Below, in pieces: positions 42,152 to 50,206 of a stretch of DNA of 53,877 nucleotides. Position 1 is the first letter of the stretch. Each line of letters starts with the position of its first letter. The notes beneath the pieces were generated by a model, which saw nothing but the letters and a program-made list of their open reading frames with translations, was not told the origin of the DNA and did no database searches. The translations under genes were made by a program, and so were the position numbers. The stretch covers positions 1-53,877 of the IMG/VR virus record IMGVR_UViG_3300046170_000029. The stretch is one strand, 5' to 3'. Source of the stretch: a virus. Lineage: Duplodnaviria > Caudoviricetes.

Positions 42152-42901
42152 TTAGTTCTCTATATAAATAATATCAAAAGTTGTTGAAACTCTTAAATCT
42201 GCATTTGAACTATCTGCTATTGCACGGAACTCAATATCTGTTTTCTCAGCTATTGGTTGTGGGCAAGTAATATCTTGATGATACGAGCCTTCAAATAAAT
42301 CAAACTTCTGTTGAGTACGAAATACACCATTAAGTTCTCTTGTCAACATTCTTATCGTAGCAACTTTATTGTTCTGTACTGTAAATGCTGTTGTATCTAT
42401 CTGAAACAAATATGCTGTATAACCTGCAGGTACAGTCCATAGTGCCATCAAAGTCTGTTGGTCAGCAGATGACAGATACGCATAGGTTGTTCCACCATTT
42501 GCAATTGTGATGTTACCTGCCGATGCTGTACCACTTGCTACAAAAGCACGATATACTCGTAAGAAGCTACCTGTAGTTGTTGCAGTTCCTGATGCGTTAA
42601 GTGTTACCGTTTCAGACAATTCATTGTAACTTGCATCTACACCTTGAATCGTAACTTGTACATTTTCATCTGTAGCACCTGAACTACTAGTTGCTGTCAT
42701 TGTTACAGCACTAGATGGGTAAGCATATATGCCACCTACATCCCAAATAGTTTCTTCTACGTTTTGTATTTCTCCGTTATATCCGAATTTGAATACACGC
42801 TTGTGTCCAGCAACAAGTCCACGTGATACCTGTAAGAAGTAAGGATAATAACCTACACCTCCACCCATTCCCATGAGTTGTGGATAACTTGTAATGCTCA
42901 C
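42152..42901 (-). CDS. Hypothetical beta-rich protein
   Basis: FKFGYN..EETIW..; YTVPAGYTAY-like WTVPAGYTAY; EKTDIEFRA. Confidence 0.7.
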   Translation of the reverse strand: MSITSYPQLMGMGGGVGYYPYFLQVSRGLVAGHKRVFKFGYNGEIQNVEETIWDVGGIYAYPSSAVTMTATSSSGATDENVQVTIQGVDASYNELSETVTLNASGTATTTGSFLRVYRAFVASGTASAGNITIANGGTTYAYLSSADQQTLMALWTVPAGYTAYLFQIDTTAFTVQNNKVATIRMLTRELNGVFRTQQKFDLFEGSYHQDITCPQPIAEKTDIEFRAIADSSNADLRVSTTFDIIYIEN

Positions 42902-42902
42902 T

Positions 42903-43085
42903 CTATCTTTTCCTTATTGGTTTGCAGTATGCTGTAATCTGTAGATTGGGTCCTTCTTTCTGTGGTATTGAAGGTTGGTCATGTAATCTTTCTGCAAAGT
43001 ACAAGCATCTATCTATATCTTGGAAGGTTTGTGTTTGGTCTACTACTCTTAATCCCATCATAAACACTAACACAAACTCAATCAT
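42903..43085 (-). CDS. Small hypothetical protein
   Basis: MIEFVLVFM..RCLYFAERL..AYCKP. Confidence 0.6.
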   Translation of the reverse strand: MIEFVLVFMMGLRVVDQTQTFQDIDRCLYFAERLHDQPSIPQKEGPNLQITAYCKPIRKR

Positions 43086-43176
43086 TACCTTTCTCTGCTA
43101 CCTGCTCTTCATGGCATTCACAGTTACATTCTTCGCAGTCACAGTCGTAACATTCACAAGTCTCACATCTATCCAC
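43078..43176 (-). CDS. Metallothionein-like Cys-rich micro-protein (32 aa)
   Basis: GGAGG RBS then GTG; MDRCETCECYDCDCEECNCECHEEQVAEKGND. Confidence 0.5.
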   Translation of the reverse strand: MDRCETCECYDCDCEECNCECHEEQVAEKGND

Positions 43177-43468
43177 GGTATCCTCCACCCTTGGCTTTAT
43201 ATTGCTTGGCAAGCATTTGGGCTTTTCTTGCAGACCATTGTCCAGCTCCACCACCCTTTGAACCCGACTTGATTTGGCTAAATAGTCGCTTACGCATGGT
43301 TGGTTTAGTATAATTCCCAGCACTGTTTACTGTACTCCCGCCTTTGTTTAACTTGATTTTAGATAAAGCCTTTGCTTGACCTGCATGTGCTTTACTAGCT
43401 TTCTTTAATTTACTTGCTACTTTTTTTATTGTTGCTTTTGCTTTTTTTATTGCCATCCCTATCCTCAT
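43169..43468 (-). CDS. DUF5872-like protein, N-terminal half, Lys-rich
   Basis: NYTKPTMRKRLF..KGG.AGQWSARKAQMLAKQYKAKGGGY. Confidence 0.7.
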   Translation of the reverse strand: MRIGMAIKKAKATIKKVASKLKKASKAHAGQAKALSKIKLNKGGSTVNSAGNYTKPTMRKRLFSQIKSGSKGGGAGQWSARKAQMLAKQYKAKGGGYRG

Positions 43469-44114
43469 AAAGATTATTAAATGTAGTATATGGGTCTAAG
43501 TAAGACTCATGTGACTCTGCTGAGTGTGTCCACTGTGATGGTGTAAAATCAGGAGCACCTTCACCTGTAACCCATAAAGCAGGGCTTGTGGCTCTTACTC
43601 TGTTATTCGGCAAGGCTACAATGTTACCTGTCCATTTACCTGCATCAATCAAATACATTACGTGTGATTGTTTATGCTGTGCAGGGTCATCTGCTATGTC
43701 ACTGTCAGTATAGTCAACTGTGAACATATACTTAGCTTTGTAGAACTCATTGTCTATCTTACACAGCCACGGACTAGAACTTACTCTATCCATCACTATG
43801 ACACTGTGATTCCTAGACTCACAATCCCATGGTTGACACAAGTGGTCTTCCATTGGCTCTGCCCACTCATCTACAGGTATATCAGCTACAAGTGCTTGTA
43901 TTGGCATCCTAGCCCACATTGCACCACCATGTACATTCTCGTCTTCTGTACAACCTGTGAAGACTACCTGAAAACTTAGTGACCTATCAGGTATCGTATT
44001 AACTGCGAAAGCTAATGCGTGGAGATATTCTCCGTGGTAGTCCAGATGATTACATGTGAACTCCCTACGTACCCAACATTTAAAATGTGGTACGTTACTT
44101 ATCAGATAGGGCAT
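43410..44114 (-). CDS. Conserved-looking hypothetical protein
   Basis: 234 aa, HGGAMWARMPI, QPWDC, DDPAQHKQSH, ALPNNRVR. Confidence 0.7.
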   Translation of the reverse strand: MPYLISNVPHFKCWVRREFTCNHLDYHGEYLHALAFAVNTIPDRSLSFQVVFTGCTEDENVHGGAMWARMPIQALVADIPVDEWAEPMEDHLCQPWDCESRNHSVIVMDRVSSSPWLCKIDNEFYKAKYMFTVDYTDSDIADDPAQHKQSHVMYLIDAGKWTGNIVALPNNRVRATSPALWVTGEGAPDFTPSQWTHSAESHESYLDPYTTFNNLYEDRDGNKKSKSNNKKSSK

Positions 44115-44242
44115 TACTTCTTTTTAGCTGCTCCACCTTTGGAATACATCTTAGTCTTTTTAGTTGCACCACCTTTAGCCATATACTTAGTCTTCTTCAT
44201 TCCACCTTTAGCCATGTATTTTGTTTTCTTTTTCATAGGCAT
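44114..44242 (-). CDS. Lys-rich repeat micro-protein (42 aa, not in ORF track)
   Basis: MPMKKKTKYMAKGGMKKTKYMAKGGATKKTKMYSKGGAAKKK; AAGGA RBS; stop overlaps next ATG. Confidence 0.65.
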   Translation of the reverse strand: MPMKKKTKYMAKGGMKKTKYMAKGGATKKTKMYSKGGAAKKK

Positions 44243-44248
44243 TGTTTA

Positions 44249-44563
44249 TTATCCTTTTGTTATTTTATTATATGCTTCAGGACTAGCTTTCTTTAATGCA
44301 CGTAATCCCGGGTTATCAGTGACTGAGCCACCTGCTGAGTACATGTGTTTCTTACCACCTGACATACCACCGTATGCCATCTCAGCTTTTTTCTTTTTCA
44401 TTTTTTTCTTAGAGGGTCTAGGTTTAGGTGTAGCTATTATAATTGATACAGAAGAAGGTCCAGTCATTTCTTTGTTCATTGGATTTGCAGGGTCGGCATC
44501 GTGATACTCACCTGTCTTGTCATAGTAATCTGCAAATTGTTTCTTCGTCATTTTACTTTTCAT
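44249..44563 (-). CDS. Basic hypothetical protein
   Basis: MAYGG and YSAGG motifs; NPGLRALKKASPEAYNKI. Confidence 0.65.
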   Translation of the reverse strand: MKSKMTKKQFADYYDKTGEYHDADPANPMNKEMTGPSSVSIIIATPKPRPSKKKMKKKKAEMAYGGMSGGKKHMYSAGGSVTDNPGLRALKKASPEAYNKITKG

Positions 44564-44566
44564 AAT

Positions 44567-45328
44567 CTATTTCCTTTTGTTCTTTCTGTTATCTACAGTT
44601 GATAGTACATACCCACCTTTTCTGTAATCGTTTGTTCCTATACGTCTTTTGTTCTCAACAGCACTACCTACACTTTTAGGTGCACTCTTTGGTTCTGCTA
44701 GTTTAGCTTCTGCTCCTTTTCTAAAATCTGATTTTTCTCTAGCTAATCTATTTCTATTAGCTGTTTCTATTTGATTAGGAGTTGGGTCCTTTACCCAGTT
44801 ATTAATACTATTTTCTTTTCCACCTTTTGTAAGTTTGTTTTGAAACTTAGGATTTTTTATAGTTTCTCCAGTTTGTTTATTAAAGTATTCACCATCAGGC
44901 ACTTTTTTCGGAGGTCGCACACCACGTTCTTGTTTACTTTTTGCTAATGCATCTGCTCTTTCTCTTGCTTTTAATTCAGCAGATTCTTTTTTAGTAGCAG
45001 TTCCCTCTTTTTCTTTTTTTCTTATCATCTCTTTTCTCTCAGCGTGTTTCTTACCACCTACAGTACGAGTGATATCTTGAGGTGTTCCTACATTAATCTT
45101 TTCACCTGTCTTAGTAATACCTGTTCTACCTACAACTACAGGTGTATCTATTTCTCTGTCAGGCATACGTATATCTTTATTCTTAGATAGTTTCAAACCT
45201 TTCTGTGTAGCAGTTTTTGATTTGTTCTTTTTAATAGCTTTATCTTTAGCTATTTTTTTACGTAGCTCTTCAGCATTTTTTTTAGATAGCGTTGCAATAC
45301 TTTTAAAGAATGAAGTTTTACCTGCCAT
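44567..45328 (-). CDS. Very basic hypothetical protein
   Basis: Lys-rich 253 aa; C-terminal DYRKGGYVLSTVDNRK; AAGGAG RBS. Confidence 0.7.
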   Translation of the reverse strand: MAGKTSFFKSIATLSKKNAEELRKKIAKDKAIKKNKSKTATQKGLKLSKNKDIRMPDREIDTPVVVGRTGITKTGEKINVGTPQDITRTVGGKKHAERKEMIRKKEKEGTATKKESAELKARERADALAKSKQERGVRPPKKVPDGEYFNKQTGETIKNPKFQNKLTKGGKENSINNWVKDPTPNQIETANRNRLAREKSDFRKGAEAKLAEPKSAPKSVGSAVENKRRIGTNDYRKGGYVLSTVDNRKNKRK

Positions 45329-45340
45329 TATCTTATCTCC

Positions 45341-45616
45341 TTACCATTTAACTTTATGTGACCAGTACTTCGCTGATAGCTTCGTAGTTGGTTTGCCTTG
45401 AGCATTATGCCTTGCATAGTAACTCTTCTTACGTGCCTTATCTTTAGCTGTTGTAGGATTCTTACCTGCACCTTTAACACCTTGCTGTCCAAAGCGTATT
45501 AGTTTTATAGTGTCACCCTCTTTCGCTAACACGGCATGTGATTTCTTAGGATGCTTAGGAGTACGTTTAGGTTTGTTGTAACCTGCAAATGTTTCTCCTG
45601 ATTTCTCTACAGTCAT
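45341..45616 (-). CDS. Basic hypothetical protein
   Basis: GYNKPKRTP.HPKKSHAVLAK..IRFGQQG..YARH..YWSHKVKW. Confidence 0.7.
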   Translation of the reverse strand: MTVEKSGETFAGYNKPKRTPKHPKKSHAVLAKEGDTIKLIRFGQQGVKGAGKNPTTAKDKARKKSYYARHNAQGKPTTKLSAKYWSHKVKW

Positions 45617-45810
45617 ACGTCTTGTCCTTTGGTATCACATTTATATCTAACAGCTACATACTCAGGCATCCACTCAGGTAACTCTACAGCTATCTGATAA
45701 GCTCTCTTTACACACTGTGACTCTCTTTGATATGGTCCTTGTGTATCCTGTAGTGTCTGACAGTTCGTTGGGTCTTTCAACATACAAATAAATACAAATG
45801 CTTCAAACAT
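45613..45810 (-). CDS. Small Cys-containing hypothetical protein
   Basis: ORF coupled to neighbours; four Cys. Confidence 0.6.
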   Translation of the reverse strand: MFEAFVFICMLKDPTNCQTLQDTQGPYQRESQCVKRAYQIAVELPEWMPEYVAVRYKCDTKGQDV

Positions 45811-46021
45811 CTTTTAACATCCCCTCGTGTCTCATTGCATTCTCTACATGTTTCAATGTATAACGTACACCTGTATCAGCTTCAATGGCGGCACGTACAT
45901 AAAACACGGAACTGTGGGGTATATGTAAGTCTTTTAGCTTATTAGTACGAATAGCATCATAGAATGCTTCTAACATATTCTCTGGTGTATATAGTTTTAC
46001 TGATTTTCGTTTCATTGTCAA
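45803..46021 (-). CDS. Small hypothetical protein (first gene of the late arm)
   Basis: HIPHSSVFYVRAAIEADTG motif. Confidence 0.55.
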   Translation of the reverse strand: MTMKRKSVKLYTPENMLEAFYDAIRTNKLKDLHIPHSSVFYVRAAIEADTGVRYTLKHVENAMRHEGMLKDV

Positions 46022-46065
46022 GTCTAATTTTATTTTGTACGAGTATTTATTCTAAAGGGGAATCA

Positions 46066-46179
46066 TTTAAAGTGAATAGTTAAAGTGTATATTTAAATGT
46101 TTATATACTTAAGTGTTTATATAAGTTATATTATAAGTACTATCTAAGTGTTTTAGTTTAAGTGTTACAGTTTAAGTGA
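46066..46179. repeat. Array of degenerate TAA(A)GTG short repeats
   Basis: About nine copies of TTAAAGTG/TTAAGTG/TAAGT spaced ~10-17 nt apart. Confidence 0.65.
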
Positions 46180-46201
46180 CCTCCCAGTCAACTTATATAT
46201 A

Positions 46202-46230
46202 ATTATACTCGATTATGGTGTCCTTGTCAA
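46202..46230 (-). promoter_or_regulatory. Consensus sigma70 promoter pointing into the late arm
   Basis: Minus strand TTGACA-N17-TATAAT, a perfect match. Confidence 0.75.
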
Positions 46231-46734
46231 GAGTAAATATTTTAAATGCTGTACGATTGTTCATATGGTGTGATAAATATGTCACACTATTCATATATAT
46301 GTAGACAGTTACCTCTGTGGTTAACAGTAGAAATACCTAATCTGTGTACTTATGTGTATATACTACGCATACACCCCCCCATGGCACTCGCCCACCCACC
46401 CTCGAATGTGTGAATATGTGTGCATATATGCATGTGTATGCAGGGAAAATGTTCCATTTTATGTGTTATGCCTAGGTAATGCATAAGAAAACCTAGCATT
46501 ATCAATGATTTATCATTGTATGTAAACTGTTATGCTATCAGTTACCCTTGTTTCATCGTATGTGAACAGTAGAATTACACAAAACAACAAGAATTGTTGA
46601 TGCTGATGCACATAATATACCCCCCATTACGTGTGGGCATTATACGTGTATACATACACATGATATCAGCATGTATAATACACATGAGATATATCACTAT
46701 GTTTGTTCTTGTTTCGTTCTCTATCCTAGTTTAA

Positions 46735-46790
46735 TTAACAATGTTAATGAAATAACCAATTCGTAGCTCCTATTTAGTTAACAATGTTAA
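46735..46790. promoter_or_regulatory. Two operator-like palindromes TTAACA-A-TGTTAA
   Basis: Identical 13-mers at 46735-46747 and 46778-46790, upstream of the early promoter. Confidence 0.5.
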
Positions 46791-46843
46791 ATTAAATATC
46801 ATGTAAAAACAATCACTTAACAAATTAGTTAAAATAACTACAC

Positions 46844-46882
46844 TTGACACTATTGACAGATTTTTAATCTGCTTATAATAAT
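46844..46882 (+). promoter_or_regulatory. Early promoter region
   Basis: Tandem TTGACA (46844, 46853) and TATAAT (46874); spacing is non-canonical (15 nt from the second -35). Confidence 0.45.
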
Positions 46883-46921
46883 CAAATCACGTTCACATTA
46901 ACAAACATACGGAGAAACGAA

Positions 46922-47296
46922 ATGACACACACAAACAACAACAACCTAGACTGCCCTCAATACTTTGAGTATTGGACTTGTGATGGTATTGCTGAGAATT
47001 TACCATGTGATAACAAGGGTATTGCAGATAAGACTTATGCACACATATGGAACATAATAATTCCTCAAATGGAATTAGACCAAAAGGCATCATTAAAAGA
47101 GATTGGTTATGATAGTTTAAATAACTATTATGAAAATGTAGGTGGTGATGATGGTACACTACGTGAAATGTGTGAAATGCAAAAGTATTGGCATTTATTA
47201 AAAGATGATATGAAAGCCTTTTTAATAGAATTTGCAAGAGCAAAGCAAGATGAAGAAGATGCTTGGCTAAAGGAATTTAACAACTCTAATCTTTAA
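46922..47296 (+). CDS. Acidic early hypothetical protein
   Basis: GGAG RBS; first gene of the early arm. Confidence 0.65.
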   Translation: MTHTNNNNLDCPQYFEYWTCDGIAENLPCDNKGIADKTYAHIWNIIIPQMELDQKASLKEIGYDSLNNYYENVGGDDGTLREMCEMQKYWHLLKDDMKAFLIEFARAKQDEEDAWLKEFNNSNL

Positions 47297-47304
47297 ACCC
47301 TTAT

Positions 47305-47364
47305 GTTATATAATACTTAAATACTTCCATTTATGGGTAAAAAGTATTTAAGTATATATATAAC
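47305..47364 (+). other. Structured intergenic element, copy 1
   Basis: Long inverted repeat around the core TACTTCCATTTATGGGTAAAAAGTA. Confidence 0.7.
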
Positions 47365-47386
47365 TAACAACATAGGAATTGACACA

Positions 47387-47638
47387 ATGAGACTTCGATA
47401 CGAAAGAAAACAAATCATGCTTAAGAAAGCATCTAACTATTCAGCAATCAGCTTCATGGCTTACTTATGTGCTATAATAGTACCACTATTTGCAGGTACT
47501 GCTATTGACATTATCCTTGATAATGATGAAGTGCTAGTGAATGTATGTACATTGACATTCCTAGGTTTTGGAATGTTGGGTATTGTGACAATGGCATTGT
47601 CATTTATTTACACAGAAAAAGCTTACGAAAGGAATTAA
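47387..47638 (+). CDS. Small two-TM membrane protein
   Basis: AGGA RBS; two hydrophobic helices. Confidence 0.55.
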   Translation: MRLRYERKQIMLKKASNYSAISFMAYLCAIIVPLFAGTAIDIILDNDEVLVNVCTLTFLGFGMLGIVTMALSFIYTEKAYERN

Positions 47639-47642
47639 TCAC

Positions 47643-48356
47643 ATGGCTTATAAAACTTTTACAGTTGGCAGTAATGCCAAAACTATCAAAGGCGATAATG
47701 ACATATACGAAACTGCAATCACTTATATGAAACCATATAAGACTGAGATTAATGGCAAGGTACACAACCTATGTGCTTTAGCCGATAAGGCTAAATGCTA
47801 TGAGGGTTGCCTATACTCAGCAGGTCGTGGACAGATGAATAGTGTGCAACAATCACGTAGCAATAAAACAGAATGGTTTATTGTTGATAGAATAGGCTAC
47901 ATTGATGCATTGATAAATGATTTGACTAAGTTTAGTCAAAAGTGTGAACGTAAAGGCATTAAACCTTGTGTAAGGTTAAATGGTACTTCAGATATCCAAT
48001 GGGAAAAAATGGGCATCATGGAGCAATTCCCAAACATTCAATTTTATGATTACACTAAAATTGTAAAACGTGCTTATGGTAAGTTACCTAGTAACTACCA
48101 CTTAACCCTATCATATAGCGAGGCTGATGCAGATTATGCAGATAGTGTGTACAAGGCAACATGTGAGACTAAAACCAATATGGCAGTTGTGTTTAGAAGT
48201 AAACACAGTATACCTAAAACCTTTAGGGGTTTACGTGTTGTTGACGGAGACAAAGACGATTTACGTTTCCTAGACCCCAAAGGGGTTGTGGTTGCATTGT
48301 ATGCGAAGGGTAAAGCCACTAAAGATACTAGTGGTTTTGTGATTGACGTTGCATAA
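47643..48356 (+). CDS. GP88-like (radical-SAM-related) protein
   Basis: LC..A..AKC..GCL..AGRG, VRLNGTSDI.WE, QFYDYTK, NYHLTLS, DGDKDDLRFLD. Confidence 0.7.
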   Translation: MAYKTFTVGSNAKTIKGDNDIYETAITYMKPYKTEINGKVHNLCALADKAKCYEGCLYSAGRGQMNSVQQSRSNKTEWFIVDRIGYIDALINDLTKFSQKCERKGIKPCVRLNGTSDIQWEKMGIMEQFPNIQFYDYTKIVKRAYGKLPSNYHLTLSYSEADADYADSVYKATCETKTNMAVVFRSKHSIPKTFRGLRVVDGDKDDLRFLDPKGVVVALYAKGKATKDTSGFVIDVA

Positions 48357-48361
48357 CTTAC

Positions 48362-48423
48362 GTATCATAACATTAATATTACTTCCATTTATGGGTAAAA
48401 AGTAATATTAATTTATATGATAC
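48362..48423 (+). other. Structured intergenic element, copy 2
   Basis: Same 25-nt core (48380-48404) with different but complementary arms. Confidence 0.7.
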
Positions 48424-48450
48424 TTACACTAACTAAAAGGAATTTACATC

Positions 48451-48636
48451 ATGGCTAAAATTTACAGATTACCACAAACATCACACAAACCCTTGAGAGC
48501 ATGTTGGGTTGAGTACGATTGCAATGCGAGAGAAGACGAAGTGATTACAATATATAGTGGCAAGGTTAAAACCTATGGTTTTGATATGACTAGAAAAGGT
48601 AAAAGAAAAAGATTTGTAAGAAAATCAAGTGCTTAG
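48451..48636 (+). CDS. Small hypothetical protein
   Basis: AAGGA RBS. Confidence 0.55.
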   Translation: MAKIYRLPQTSHKPLRACWVEYDCNAREDEVITIYSGKVKTYGFDMTRKGKRKRFVRKSSA

Positions 48637-48732
48637 TTATTTAAATTAAAAAACACTTGATACTTTAGTGAAAGTGTTTATTTAATTATAAAATAACTTA
48701 TAACAACAACAACAACGTGAAAGGTTAAACAA

Positions 48733-49011
48733 ATGTTAATTACAAGAAAATCAGTAATAAGTGGTAACGTCAACACAATGGACATAAACGTAACCCAAGA
48801 GCAGTTATCTGCTTGGGAAAGTGGTACTCTCATACAGAATGCCATGCCACACATATCAGCAGATGAACGTGAGTTCATTATGACGGGTATCACTCCTCAA
48901 GAGTGGGATAATGAAATGGGTTGTGACGAAGATGATGACGAAGATGATGGGCAACCCTCATGGGAGCAAGAGTGGGAAGATTTTGGCGAGGTATATTCTG
49001 ATGAGTACTAA
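48733..49011 (+). CDS. Acidic hypothetical protein
   Basis: RKS.ISG..NTMDI..LIQNAMPH.S.DEREF.MTGI; DGQPSWEQEWEDFGE tail. Confidence 0.7.
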   Translation: MLITRKSVISGNVNTMDINVTQEQLSAWESGTLIQNAMPHISADEREFIMTGITPQEWDNEMGCDEDDDEDDGQPSWEQEWEDFGEVYSDEY

Positions 49012-49165
49012 GACATGGAAGGACATACGTATTGACGAAATCAATGCGAGTGGTGCAACTTATGCACCTAGTGACGAATACTTCAATGAAGTATATGCTA
49101 TCTACGATAGTAAAGCAGAAACTTATGAACAATTTAAAATGGAGTTTGAAAATGCAAAAAGTTAG
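49001..49165 (+). CDS. Small hypothetical protein
   Basis: MSTKTWKDIRIDEIN...; GAGG RBS. Confidence 0.5.
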   Translation: MSTKTWKDIRIDEINASGATYAPSDEYFNEVYAIYDSKAETYEQFKMEFENAKS

Positions 49166-49559
49166 AGTGTATTGGAACTTACACAAGAACGTGTGGAGCA
49201 TACAAGATTGTAAGAGTGGTCTAGTTATAGACCATATGAATGACCTTGTTTTAGAAGATGCAAAGTTTATTGTCCGTAAAGGTGGACAAAAGCGAGTACG
49301 TGAGGAAGGCAAAAAGAATGTCCATGCCTTTGCAGTAGGTTACATCTACAAGGGTAATGCTATACCTTATGCAAAAGGTAGATTGCATCTTGATTGGGAT
49401 AGGGTTAAGTATAACCCGCATACTGATGACTATTTCATGCATCAAAGACATGATGATAATCAGTATAAGCCTAATGAGTGGAATGAAATTCCAAGAGATT
49501 TTAGTGGGTGGATTCTTATGGATTCCACAGAAAATGGTAACCCAAAAGTGTACATATAG
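49152..49559 (+). CDS. Conserved-looking phage hypothetical protein
   Basis: VRVYWNLHK..WS..F.VR.GG..RV..E.KKNVHAF..G..YNP. Confidence 0.7.
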   Translation: MQKVRVYWNLHKNVWSIQDCKSGLVIDHMNDLVLEDAKFIVRKGGQKRVREEGKKNVHAFAVGYIYKGNAIPYAKGRLHLDWDRVKYNPHTDDYFMHQRHDDNQYKPNEWNEIPRDFSGWILMDSTENGNPKVYI

Positions 49560-49569
49560 GAGTGTGACA

Positions 49570-49719
49570 ATGGCTAGAAAAAATGAATTGCAAATGTTTG
49601 AAAAGATTAGTATAACTAAAAAAATTAAAAAGGATTCCAAGCACAATGACGATTGGAAACGTGCAAGGAAGTTACAACGTAAAACTAAACTAAACATACA
49701 AGAAAGGAGTTTTGTATAA
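49570..49719 (+). CDS. Small basic hypothetical protein
   Basis: AGGAG RBS; MARKNELQMFEKI. Confidence 0.5.
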   Translation: MARKNELQMFEKISITKKIKKDSKHNDDWKRARKLQRKTKLNIQERSFV

Positions 49720-50021
49720 TGATTAAAGATTATATCCACGTTCAGCTTAAGAGTATCTCTTACTTTTTGAAAGGTCAAAAGCCTACAAGATTTAGAATTA
49801 ATGAAAAGAAATCTAGAGGTTATTGTGTAACATATACAGATGGTGGTAAGAGTGGAGAAGGCTTTATAGCCTTGAACAAGGGCAAGAAGGTATCTTACTT
49901 TCCTAACTATGATAGGAAGGGTAAGACACGTACCTTAGATTATGTACCATTTAAGCAGATGTTTGGCTTGATGAAGTACCAACACAAAAACCCTATAACT
50001 ACAAATAGAAAGGTAGGTTAA
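49719..50021 (+). CDS. Hypothetical protein
   Basis: AAGGAG RBS, TAATG coupling. Confidence 0.6.
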   Translation: MIKDYIHVQLKSISYFLKGQKPTRFRINEKKSRGYCVTYTDGGKSGEGFIALNKGKKVSYFPNYDRKGKTRTLDYVPFKQMFGLMKYQHKNPITTNRKVG

Positions 50022-50023
50022 TC

Positions 50024-50206
50024 ATGAGTACACCTTATTGGCAAGTAGGCTTGAAGATAGGTGCTGAGAGTGGGCAAGTTAATGTCCACTCAGATGCCTT
50101 ACCTAATGCATCATGGGATTATGCTATAGAGCATGCTATGGATACTGCGAGAGCAGTACACCCAAATGAGAGAATAGAATTTTTATATGTGAAGGAGTAC
50201 AACTAA
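50024..50206 (+). CDS. Small hypothetical protein
   Basis: AGGT RBS, coupled to the next gene. Confidence 0.6.
   Translation: MSTPYWQVGLKIGAESGQVNVHSDALPNASWDYAIEHAMDTARAVHPNERIEFLYVKEYN

Noticed and set aside
46066-46179. Short repeat array as a mini-CRISPR
   Set aside because: Units are 6-8 nt with ~5-9 nt gaps, far too short for repeats and spacers.
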